A stretch of DNA of 64,000 bases, taken from the NCBI GenBank assembly GCA_907165135.1, contig OU015567.1, positions 7,564,001 through 7,628,000 on the forward strand, in the 5' to 3' direction. A program made the translations under genes and the position numbers. The DNA comes from Oikopleura dioica (taxonomy: Eukaryota; Animalia; Chordata). This document shows positions 52,801-64,000 of this stretch, piece after piece; the first letter of the stretch is position 1; every line of letters starts with the position of its first letter. The notes under the pieces were generated by a model, which was not told the origin of the DNA, ran no database searches, and worked only from the letters and a program-made list of their open reading frames with translations.

Positions 52801-55800
52801 GGATCATGTTTCTTCGATAGAACCTTCTCTTGAAGCGTCTCTTGTACGATTTGACGAAGCAGAAGTGTTCGAACAGCAGAATTTGTGTTCAGCAATAAAC
52901 GATTTTGTCAATCAGTGGCTAGCAAAGAAAGAAGAAATCGAAGCGCGAAAAGCAGAGGAAGAGTCTCAATTCAAATTCAAAAACATCGACCTCGGTCAAA
53001 GTGTAGAGGAACAAATGGAAGAGGAAGAACAGGAGTATCACGAGTTCTTCCAAAGCGACAATGAGTTCAAATCAGAAGCGGAAGGACCAAAAGCAGCCAA
53101 GGAATGCGAGCTTGAGAATTTCGCAAAAATTGTAGAGCTGTTTTTGAAAACTGATTTGAACGTCAACAGCGCGGTCAAATCGGCGAACAAGTTCCAGCTC
53201 ATTCGAATTTTCAACGATCCAGAAAGCATGATCGAATGTGATCACGTGATAGTTCCGCCTCTGATCAAGGACAAACACCACTTCGACGAGATCGACGCTT
53301 TTGTGGACTCCGATTCCGACGTTTACCGGCGCGCAAATCCAAAAGAAGCTGCTTCAGTGTGTGCCCCCTTGAGAGCACTGGACGAGCGCGTTTCAGAGCT
53401 TCAAGTTCAGTTTGACGACCATCCCACACTAGTTTCCATTCGCAAAATGACGGCGAAAGTTTTGGAGTTGCCGCTTTTTGCGCCAGTAATTTCGCTTTGC
53501 ACAGGCATTGAGATGGTGCTTTCCCGAGTCAATGACTGGCATCAAAACGCGCCCAAACGCCTATCTCTGCAAACAGAAACAGATGCTCTTTGGAACATGG
53601 TCGTCGAATGGCGAAAACGTGAGCTTCATCAGTGGAAGGCGATCCTGGAGACGTCGATCAATCTCGAAGCACAGAAGTCAAACCACCTCTTTCCTGAAAT
53701 CTGGAGAGTGGCGACAGCGGAGGACTCAAGCGAGGAAAATATCCGACTCATGTGCACTTCGTTTTTGAGCAGCGCCAACTGCGCCAACTTCGCAAGGCGC
53801 ATCAGTCTACTTCGCCGCGTCGCCAAAATCGTGGAAAAACCGTTCACGAAACTGCTCATCGAAAATATCTGCTCATTTTACCAACAGTTCATGCCCAACA
53901 TTTTGAAACAGACAAATGCAGTCAAAAACTCAATCGAGAAAGAACTCAAAGAATTTGTCGCCATTCAGCGCTGGAAAGACATCAACTTCTACGCGAGAAA
54001 AGAAGCCGCCACGAAGATCAGACGACAACTCTTCAAATTCGTCAAAAAACTAAAAGAAAGTTTGGTCGACAGGACGGCCGTTGAGCTCTTCAAAGTCGAC
54101 CATGAATCTATCAGACTTCCACAAGTTCAAAATGTGGAGATTTTCATTCCGCTTGAGAAAAACGAACCTGTGGAATTTTCAGTTGAAGGAGACGTTCTCT
54201 CCCAGCATCCGCGAATTATACCCAAAATGAACAACTACTCCAAAGCTGCAACAGCTCGATTCGAGAAGTTCAACGCCCAATTCACTGCCGAAATCTTAGA
54301 AACAACTCAAGACATAAAAGAGCGCTTTGATGAGCTCGCTTGCGAAACTCAGAAAATCCCTAGCGATGGCGACCGAGAAAAAAGAATCAAAATGGTCAAG
54401 TCTTTGCTTACAAAGAAGCGACGAGCCCTCTTCGATTTATTCTCACTCACGAAAGAGGCCGGTCTCAGCTTCAAACGCGGCCTCAATCGCTCCAGAGAAG
54501 AGACAATAATTTCCGACTGGTTTTACATTGAAAGCGAAACTCTTTCCAAAAACCGCCTTGTTCAAAAGTTACTCGATGTGAATGAGGCTAAAAAGCATCC
54601 AGACAAAGCGGTTAGCAAAAATGAGTCTGATCGGCTCATCGGCTACACCTTCCACCTTGCAGCAGTTTCCAAGACTATTGCCCAAAACCGAAATTCTCTC
54701 GAAAGACAAGTCAGCAAATTAGAACAAATTTACAAAGTCGCAGAAACAGGAACGTTTTTGGATCTGGAAGCTGAATATGGTGTGCTCTCGGGAAGATTAT
54801 CGAATATGATCTTTGCAATCGCGAATGTATTGTTGTATCTTGATTCTGCCCCCGAAGAGATTTCCACCTCAAGATTGGACATCAACGACGCTCCATCTAT
54901 CGGAAAACTTACGCTTCCGCAGCTTCGACAAATTCATGATTTCCTTTCTCAAATGAGAAGAAAATGCGAGGAACTGAAAGGAGCGCTTGGCACGAGCGAG
55001 ACTGACAATCACATCGACCGAGCTAACCGAGTCCGACAGCTGATCCAAAATTATTTCCGACCATTGTACAACAAAGAACTTCCGATACTAGAGGAAGTGC
55101 GGCAAATCCACCAAACCTCCAATCGTAGCATAGAAGATCTCAATTTGTTCTTTGCTGCCATTCGAAAACTCGAAGGAAGCGTCTTGATGACAGAGCAAGT
55201 GATCAACGAACAGAGCTCGTCCGAGACACGACTTACCGACTGCAGCCAAAAGCTGAACAAGTTCTTTGCCGAAATCACATTTGCTTTCCAGAAACTCGTT
55301 AAAATCCAGTCAGAAGGAGGGGCGCCAGAGAAGTTATTTCAGCAGCAAGGACTTTTGGCAAATATGCTCGAGTCCTTCACCCTCTCAAATGACGTGTTTT
55401 CTAACTTTTGCGAGTTTTTCAGAAGCGTTAACGGAAATTGCCCCGAGTTGTCAGTTTTTATCACAAGCCTTGTTCATCCTTGGATTCAACTTTCCAAGTC
55501 GATGCTTTCCTATTTCAAGCAAATGGAACAGTTTAACTTTGCCTTGCTAGATCAGCTTACAACTATCTCTTTTCTCGTGCTCAGCCGCGGTTTTTGTCTC
55601 CCCGAAGACATTGCCGACGATGTTTTGGAGCAAGAAGGCGAGGAGATCGGCGGAGGCGGCGCTGGCGGAGGGGAAGCCGGTACAAACGATGTCACTGAAG
55701 AATTCGACGAAGAAGACCTTGACGATCCTCTTCCAGGCGATTCTAAAGCCGAGAGAAATGAGAAAGACCAAGATCGAGGTGAAGGAATCGACATGGAGAA

Positions 55801-58800
55801 CGGAATGGACGATGCCGACGATGTAGAGGATGTCGAAGATCAAGACGAGAATGAAGCTCAAGAAGAAGAAGAGGAACCCCTTGAAGATGAAATGGGCGAC
55901 CTCGGAGACGAAAATCTGGCTGATAAAATGGACGAAAAGGTTTGGGGTGACGAAGACGATCGAGACGAGATCGAGGAAAACAAAGAAAATAGAGAAGAAG
56001 ACGGAAAGGGCGACGAGCGAGAGCAAACTCAGGTAACTATTATTTTTGAAAGAATCCAGTCTTGTTAACTTTTTTAATCTTAAGGAGCTTCAAGCGAAAG
56101 ATGATGGCCTAGCGGATGGAGCTGACAACGAAAAAGATGAAACGCTTCCTGAAGCTGAACCAGAAGAAAACGGCCCGGAAGAAGGCCCATCCGATGAAGA
56201 ATTGGACGATCAGGGGGATGAAGGGATCCTAGCTTCTGCTGAATCTCCCACTTCTAGCGTAGTTTGCCTGCTCTCTATATCTGGACGAGTGAAGAAAACG
56301 AGTAAAGTATCTTTGACGTCTGTATTTCGAGCTGGAGTAAAATAGAGGTTAATTCACGAACTGCGTGAATTACCGAATGGAGAGAAATACACGGCGGCGA
56401 CCGAGCAAAGCTCGATCTAGATAAGCAAGTGACCTTAGGGGACGAGGGAGTCTAACGAATCTAAGATCCCAATACCCCCATGAGACTGAAACGTCCTCTA
56501 AGGCCAAAGTGTGTGATTTTTGCAGGAGTATAAGCGTAAGATGAGTAACATGGCAGGTTCGAAACGTCGAGGCAGTCTGATTCGCGTTAAAAACCCTTTT
56601 TGGGAAAAAGCTTGAATCAGATGCGAAGTTTTCGTGATGTCCGAGCGGTGATGACATGAAGGAGTAGCTGCACATGTAGAAGAACTCAAAATACGTCGGC
56701 GACGGTAAACTGTGATAATTTCCGTACCTTTTCAGGCCCCGGTCGATGAATAGGGGACCTGAGTGGGGCAGTACTTGCGCTTAGTCGTATGACTGACCCG
56801 AGTTTGTGCCGATGTTTAGAGGTTCGACGGGCCTCGTTTCACGGTGTGCTCGTTTTGTATGTTTCGGGAGATGAGCTGCTCCAACTTCGGTTAAAGTCGC
56901 ATTCGGATCGGCGCCGGCTGAGTATTGACGATCTGGTGAAGACTTTGGACGGGTTCTTTTCTTGCTGTTTTCAGTTGCTGAGCCCTCAACTACTGTTGAA
57001 TTTTGTTTATCGACTGACATATGGCTATTGTCGGGCGCAGCAACCTCCGAAATCACTGTAGCATCAGCTGACATGTCCTCGGCAGTTTCATAAAGAGTAC
57101 CACCAGAGTACCAGCGATCTGACGGCTCGGCTGGAGCTACCGACGAGTCCAAAATAGATGTAGCGGTTGTATCTCCCAGATTTTCCATGTCCAATCGGCG
57201 TCTACTTTCCAAAATAGGTGATAGAGATGATCTTGGCGGTTTTTCCATAGCAACCATCGGAGTCGACGCGACCTGAGAAGATTTCCTCCCCCATGCGACT
57301 TCGACCCGGACTTTTCCATCGGTTTGGAAGTAGGAACAGGCGATTTTGTGGGACTTTCGACTTAACGATTTCGGTTAAATGTGGGAATACGTACTCGGCC
57401 TCGTAGTAATCAATCCAGCGTAAGTCGTGATTTCGTTCTGCGGCGTGAACCACGTGTTCTCGATGGATGAAATCACGTTGTCCTTTTTATCTTCGACCAT
57501 GACGACCCAGTCGTTGCTCGAAACGGCTTTCAGGGGACCTACCCAGCGTTCCTTCTTGCTTTTAGCGTCGGTCAGGTTTTCTCGCTTAATGTACACGACA
57601 GCGCCAGCGGGATTGGTCTCGGCTTAGGCTCGTTTTTCAGCCTGTGCTCCATGGCTCGGTCAGCAGCTTCCATCGCAGTTTTCACAATGGCTTCCGCCGA
57701 TTTCGCTAAAGCTCCAACATTGAGACCAAACACCTGAGGTGTTTCCGCTGTCATTTCTGCGCCAGTAGAGTGGGTGAAAGTACTTTTTCGGCCAAACCAA
57801 ACTTCTCGCGGTGAAATTTTCGTGCTTTTGTTTTTCACACTATTGAGCGCGCGCATCACGTGGGGAACGCAGTCGGCCCAAGTTTTTCGACCGGAAGATG
57901 AGTTGACCATGCAGAATAGACTGTTTTTGATAGTCCGATTCGCTCTTTCTGCGAAAGCGTTTGATTGAGGGTGAAATGCGGTACTTATTGTATGTTTTAT
58001 CTGGTTAAGCTTACACATTTCGTCAATCACGCTTGCGCAGAAGTGGGTACCTCTGTCACTGTGTAGATGTTTCGGCAAGAAATCCATGGGAAGGAAGACC
58101 TTGTAGATGAGCGCTTTTGCAGCGCGGATAGCAGTGTCGGACCGCGTCGGAATGCACCAAGTGTAGCGAGAGAAAGTGTCCGCCACCACCAAATAATACT
58201 TGAATCCGCCAGCGGGAGGCATACAAGCGAAATCGATCTGAATCGATTCGCCAGCTGTTTTTCCACGACGAAGGGTTCCAAGTGGCGGTTTGGTACGAGT
58301 TCCAGCAGATCCTTTTCTGCGTAGGCAAGGGACGCAGCTGTGGACGTAGTTAGAAACATCGTCTTGAAATGAAGGCCACCAAACGTCCTCTAATCGCTCT
58401 AAAGTCCGCGGCTCGCCCAGATGACCGGACAAGTCGTGAGCTAGAAAGAGAAAGTGACTTTTTACCGCTTCCGGTACCACCGCCCGCGCGCCAGATTTGA
58501 ATTGACACATCAAGCACCCGGTAGTGTTATCCAGGAACAGAGCTTTTTCCATCTTGAGTAGAGACGATTGTCGGTGGTCGGAGTCCTTCACCAGCGATTT
58601 TATGTCCAGTGGCTCCTTACCAGATTCCAGAAAAGTGATGATTGCACTCAGAGCAGAGTCCTCCCTTTGATAGTCCAGAATGTTATTATAATTCGCTGAC
58701 ACCAACGGAATCTCCATTGGCGCCGCGATAGCCTTGACGTTTACCTTATGTATCTTCACCTCTGATAAAGTGATTTTCTCCGGAAACTGATTTTCGTTCC

Positions 58801-61800
58801 AGAAAGGGACGAAGACACGTACTGGTGAATTCTTGTCGATTTCGTACTCGCGACCAACGGGAAACTCAGAGTCGTATCCAAGTGATTTGTCGTCCTCGCC
58901 AGGTCTGCGGCTCATAAAATCGGCGAATTGATTTTCTGATCCCTTGATGTAGACAATGTGAAAATCGAATTCTTCCAATCGGCTTTGCCATCGGCTTATT
59001 TTAGAATTCTTGAACTTCTTTTTGTGTAGGAAGATCAAAGATCTGTGGTCTGTGTGAATCTGAAAGAATCTACCTTTCAGGAGCTTTTCCAGTCGCTCGC
59101 AGCACCAGACAATGCTAAACATTTCCTTTTCTGAAGTGTTCCATTTTCTTTCAGCTTTGTTGAAGGTGTGGGAAATCGCGCTTACTAGGTGCACTCTCCC
59201 GCCATACTCTTGTAGCAGAACACCACCCGCTGCGTACAGGCTCGCGTCTGTGTAGAGGTGAAAAGACTCGTCAAAGTTAGGAAAGCTTATGACAGGAGTC
59301 TCGGAGAGTCGTCGTTGAATTTCCTTGAGCGCCAAATCCGCTTCTTTGGTCCACTTGAAACAATTTGTTTCGTTCGCCGAATTTCGAACATCGTTTATGG
59401 GTTTCATTCTGCTCGAGAAGCAACCGGATGAAATAGCTTCGCCCATTTTTGTTTCTAGAAAACCTCGGATCCAATTCAATGACCCGATTAATGAAGCTAA
59501 CTCCTTTTGGGAGCGTGGGGGTTTCATCTGACGAAGGGCGGAGACTTGCGCAGGGTCCGGTTTGATTCCTTCTTCGTTGATGATTCGGCCCAAAAGTGAG
59601 CTTCTGATTGTAGGAAAGAGCACTTTTCGCCCTTGAGTTTAGCGTTAAACTTGCGGAGCGCGATGAATAGGTTTCGGAGAGTGTTGTAATAGCAGCTGAA
59701 AGACTTCCCAAAACATACTATGTCATCGATATAAGAAAGCATCTTCTTCCTGGTGGGGCTTGAGTCGAGAATCGTGTTTACGACGCGCGAGAATATATTC
59801 CCCGAGCATCGATAACCGAAAGGTAATCTGCAGAAGGCGTAAGATTTCCCACCCCACTGGAAGGAAGTCTTATACCTATCGCTTTTCTTAATAGGGCACT
59901 GCCAATATCCGCTCCGCAAATCAACTGTGGCGAAATACTTGTTGCCCGGTCCAATGTTCGCGATCGTATCCTCCATGCTCGGAAGATGATATGGGTCGGA
60001 TTTGTCGGAGAGGCATTTGTTCAAGCTGTTCTTGTAGTTGATGCAGAAGCGCATTTCCCCAGATTTCTTAGGGATTGGCAGAACGGGGCTATTAAACCCT
60101 TTCTGGTCCTTGATCTCTTCTATTATTTTCGTATCGAGCAGTTCGGAGATGTGATCAGTGACCTGGCCATGAAAAGCTTGCGGAATAGGGTGTTGACTGA
60201 TGTTTCGACTCGTACCATCAGTCGGGATTTCGATCTCGAATGGGAATTCACCCATTTTTGACCGTCGCAGCCGAATCTGTCGTCGAAATCCAAACACAGC
60301 TCGGCGACCACCTTCTTTTGCCCCGGGTCGGCGTTTGCTGGTAGGGTAATTCCGAGTTTTTGCTTCGCTAGCTGAATGGGGCACCTGGCTGCGTTCTTGT
60401 TAGGTGCGTCCAGCTTTGGGACTTTTGGTGGCGGTTGAGTGCGGGATCGATCGCTATCCTTGACCGCTGATCTAGTAGTCAAGTATTTCTTGATTTTGGT
60501 CCGCTTCACTCCGTCCAGCTTCACCACTTGAGTCTCAGTTTGTGTGAAGGCTTCGTTGTAGCAAAATGAGAGAGTACGATTCTTATTGTCGACTGTGAAG
60601 CTGTCCGTCATCGCATTCTCTAGTATATCGCGGCCCAGTAGACTTGGGTATTTACTGCCTGGCATAATGGTGAGATTCAGGGAGAATGCAGGGCCACCAT
60701 TGAATGATAAGCGGCAGGGAAGGATACCCATCGGCTGCTCGGCGGGAATATTTGGGCTGAAACCGGTGACCTTGAAGGGACAGGGCTTCAGCATCTGGAG
60801 AAATTCGTCGGGAACGTAAGCAGCGGACAGACAGGAGGACTCGGCTCCGCTGTCGACTTCCATCGATACGTCAAAACTTTTAGAGCCCGTAATGATGGTA
60901 GCCGAAGCGAAATAAGCCTTTCCTGGTCGCTTCTTCTTCACTGTGTAAAAGTGAACGTCGAATGGTTGGAAATCTTCAACGTTCTTAGTCGTATTTATCT
61001 TCTTGGATTCTGGTTGTTTATCGTCTTTCCCATCCTTAGAATCGTTGCTGGCGCGCTTAGCATTCTTCTTCTTTTTGTTCTTATTTCTGTTGAAGTGCTG
61101 GGAGACGGTCGCGCTGTCAACTCGATTCTGTCTTGTGGATTGGGCGAGACGGCAGAGTTCGTTGATATCGTAAACTTTTGATAGGCTTGGAAGGATTGCG
61201 TTGAAAACGTCTGGTTCTTCTTTCCTAAGATTCAAGTACAGCATCATCGTCGAGAATATGTCAAATATTTCATCGACCCCGGCGTCGGCTGACTTCTCTT
61301 GTCGGTAAGAGTTCAAAGTCGCTTGCTTCGCCTCGTTCATCTTTTGCAAGACGTTGGCGGTGTAGTGTGCAAACGGCTTCGAATGGTCGTATTCGACGTC
61401 GAAAACTTCGCTTAGCTTCAGTAAGTAGTGACTCTTCGCGGCGAATGATTTCTCTAGCAGCGCCTTGGCCGATTTCCAGTCTTGACAATTCAGAAATTCG
61501 GTTCCAAGTGAGCGTTCGATGTTCAAGTCGAAGTGGCTGTACACTGCTGCGATGAAAGGCTGTTCACGTGAAGGTCTGTCGCGGACGTAGGCGCGGTGAT
61601 AAATGTCGGCTCTGCCCAAGAAGGTGTTGAAAGATGTGTTGCATGCGGCGTCCAGCTTCGGCAAGTCTTGGACGTGACGAGACCAGGTAGTGGCCACCCA
61701 TGCTTCTTCTCTCATTGTCGCATTCGTAGAGTCTTTTCCTTGATCGAGCTCGCAGGTAAGAAGCGTTGTACTGAGCTGTTCTAATTTTACTCTGCTTTCT

Positions 61801-64000
61801 GTGATCAAGGGCTCTAGGCTTGGCTTTAGTGATTCGTCATTTCGCACTTGTTCTTCGAGGTAGTTTACTCGATCGTTTATGCTTCTTATTTCGGTGACGG
61901 TTTCTAGCAGTGATTTGTTCGCCGCCATAGCTCGAAATATATCGGCAGTAAGGGTTTATGGGCCTTGGATTACCTTTCAGGCCCTCAGAAAATACTGCGA
62001 CTAAAAGTCGCAATATGATGAGCTGAGGTGCCTTTTGCGCAAACGCCCGACGATTTCTCTGTCCAGCGATTGTCGAAATTTCAAGGTCTGGTCCAAGGGT
62101 CGATTCTTCGTAAACTTCTCTCGATTTTTGGTGAAAAGTGGCGAAAGAATTATGTTTTTCTCAGTATTTTAGGTTTTCCCCGGCGTGCGTGCGTGGTTGC
62201 GTGGGCGCGACTTTCGGCGCGTGGGTCGTGGTGGCGCTCGTGCGGTGGCGCTCGCTCGGGGTGGTGTTGGTGTGGTGCGGAAAATTCTCTGAGTGGAGTT
62301 TCTCCGGCGGCGCGGTGGCGGTTGGTGATTCGGTTCCCCTCGACTCCGCTGACGGCCAATCAGCGTCCAAGTTGCGAAACTTCGGTTGTCGATGGCGGAA
62401 AAATTTATCTTTTCTCCAACGGGACTACTCTGATACCACTGAAGGGATCCTAGCTTCTGCTGAATCTCCCACTTCTAGCGTAGTTTGCCTGCTCTCTATA
62501 TCTGGACGAGTGAAGAAAACGAGTAAAGTATCTTTGACGTCTGTATTTCGAGCTGGAGTAAAATAGAGGTTAATTCACGAACTGCGTGAATTACCGAATG
62601 GAGAGAAATACACGGCGGCGACCGAGCAAAGCTCGATCTAGATAAGCAAGTGACCTTAGGGGACGAGGGAGTCTAACGAATCTAAGATCCCAATAGGGAT
62701 CAGCAAGACGAGTCAGAATTCAACGCGGACGAACAAGCGCAGCCGCCCCCTGAGAACTTCGAAACAGAAGCACCAGAAGTCGACGATGTTGATTTCGAAG
62801 AAAAAGATGACGGTGAGAATCAAGACGAAGAATCAAAGCAGGATGATGATGATGGGATCGAACTTGACGATGCTCCGCCTGAAGGTGAGTTTTTAATTTG
62901 ATTTTCATTGCTGAAGATTTTTTTAGGAATGAGTGATGCAGAGGGCGAAGAAGAAAACACTGATAACAACGAAAATAGCAAAGAAAATGAAGATCAAGAA
63001 GAGGAAGAAGATGCGGATGAAGGCGGAGACAAAACAGAAAACGCTGATGATGATCAGGAAAAGATTTTAGATTTACCCATTTTTGATATTCATTATTTTG
63101 AGTCATGGTTTCAAATCTCATGAAAAGACAACTGAAGATGATTTGAACAAAGATATTTCTGCTCCTCGTAAAGGCGAAACACCAATGGCCGAAAATCAGC
63201 AGAACCACGAGAGAGCAGCGGAAACTTGCGAAGCAACTGATATGGAGCAGGACAATGGAGATAACACTGGAGGCGAAGAGGCTTCTGGAGATCAGACTGG
63301 CGCATCGGAGGACAAATCTGATGGAACCAAAGGCAATCAGCAGACACAGGGTAACCTTTTTCTCCTTATCTTTGTTAATAATTCAAATTTTATGTTTAGT
63401 TGAGCGGCCAAAACCAAAAAGAGGCGATGAAAAATCATCAGATTCAGCTGAGCTGGAAAAACACGAAACAAAGGAAAAAGAGTCCCAAGTGGAAAATAAC
63501 GAAGAGGAGCCAGAAACTGGAGTTGAATTCGAGCGTGACAACGCTGCGAAAAAAGAAGTTCTTGACGAAGCAGAAGAAGGAACTCGGGAACAAATCGAAC
63601 GGATGGAAATCGAAGATGGGGAAAAAGAGCAAAAAGAGGAGCCGATGGAGGTGGAGCACGAGCCAAACTCGAAGCTTGAATCGAAGTCCGGTGAGAAAGT
63701 TGATGAGGAAAAGGTCAAACATTCGGAAAATGACGAAGACGAGAGCAATGAAACGGGAAATGAGGATGTCGAAATGCAGGAAGACAAGGAAGAGAGGGAG
63801 AATGTTATTATGACGAATCATTTGCAGAAAAGCTCGTTGGAGAAAAAGATGCGCGACTTGGAGAGCATCGAGCGTCACATCCCCGAATTGATCGGAATGA
63901 AGCCAGCTGGTGAAGAGGCGCAAATGGCGTGGAGAGGAATCAACATGCTCCAAGCGTCCCAAGCGCAGAGACTGGCGGAACAGCTACGCCTCATTCTTGA
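43841..64000 (+). CDS. MDN1: Midasin (Rea1): six AAA domains, linker and D/E-rich region; interrupted by an LTR element; continues past the window end; start approximate
   Basis: Walker A motifs GVGTGKT, GETGTGKT, GETSTGKT, GPTGCGKT, GSPGVGKT, GEAGSGKS; repeated FxWxDGxL and LLDELNLA motifs; SRGFCLP and GGGEAG before the acidic region; LAEQLRLIL at the window end. Confidence 0.95.
56219..56474 (-). repeat. 3' LTR
   Basis: Direct repeat of 62440-62695; element-sense ends TATTGGGATC...GATCCCTTCA. Confidence 0.95.
56781..61928 (-). CDS. Gag-protease-RT-RNaseH-integrase polyprotein, broken by six apparent -1 frameshifts in this sequence
   Basis: PR: VDSGAESSC. RT: GEMRFCINYK, ATVDLRSGYWQ, RLPFG, YIDD. 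RH: LYTDAS, TDHRSL. IN: HDLSGH...CVPC, QIDF, HSDRGTHF, AERANRTIK, then an S/T/P-rich tail. Confidence 0.9.
62427..62438 (-). other. Primer binding site TGGTATCAGAGT (initiator-Met-like)
   Basis: One base inside the 5' LTR boundary; begins TGG, complementary to tRNA CCA. Confidence 0.8.
62440..62695 (-). repeat. 5' LTR
   Basis: Direct repeat of 56219-56474; followed in element sense by the PBS. Confidence 0.95.

Larger units (their letters stand above)
56219..62695 (-). mobile_element. Full-length Ty3/Gypsy LTR retrotransposon (Tor-like, no env detected), 4-bp TSD GGGA
   Basis: 256-bp LTRs at 56219-56474 and 62440-62695 appear identical. GGGA lies at 56215-56218 and 62696-62699. PBS next to the 5' LTR; short G-rich PPT at 56475-56481; domain order gag-PR-RT-RH-IN. 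Confidence 0.97.

Noticed and set aside
56370-56780. Possible env or accessory ORF in the LTR element
   Set aside because: Only about 300 bp lie between pol and the 3' LTR; the short ORFs lack a signal peptide, TM or fusion features. Antisense ORFs at 62028-62566 look like GC-rich leader shadows.

Overview
Compact, intron-dense animal DNA. Tiny introns (many about 35-50 nt), GA-AG introns, operon-like gene packing with AG acceptors directly before the ATGs, PLA2-like secreted genes and a short troponin I all point to the larvacean tunicate Oikopleura (inferred, not proven). Recognisable host genes: two catalytically altered PLA2-like paralogs, EXOSC5, an SMP+C2 extended-synaptotagmin-like gene, troponin I, stomatin, HSP90B1 and midasin (MDN1). 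A tightly packed minus-strand cluster (PSMC5, orphan, SNAP29, E2, POLE3) ends in a very divergent, predicted slicer-dead PIWI/Argonaute gene, the top candidate for a novel finding. Mobile DNA: (1) a full-length Ty3/Gypsy element with identical 256-bp LTRs inserted into a coding exon of MDN1; (2) a 5'-truncated Penelope-like element whose inverted terminal repeats each carry a minimal hammerhead ribozyme, nested in a MITE; (3) a local burst of seven hAT-type MITEs, one apparently inside a coding exon (possible nascent intron); (4) a hAT-type element with a nested MITE; (5) a 580-bp foldback. Exon structures were traced by eye, and some gene ends are approximate. About 11.3-17.5 kb, 18.7-20.7 kb and 25.3-28 kb contain exon-like fragments I could not identify.
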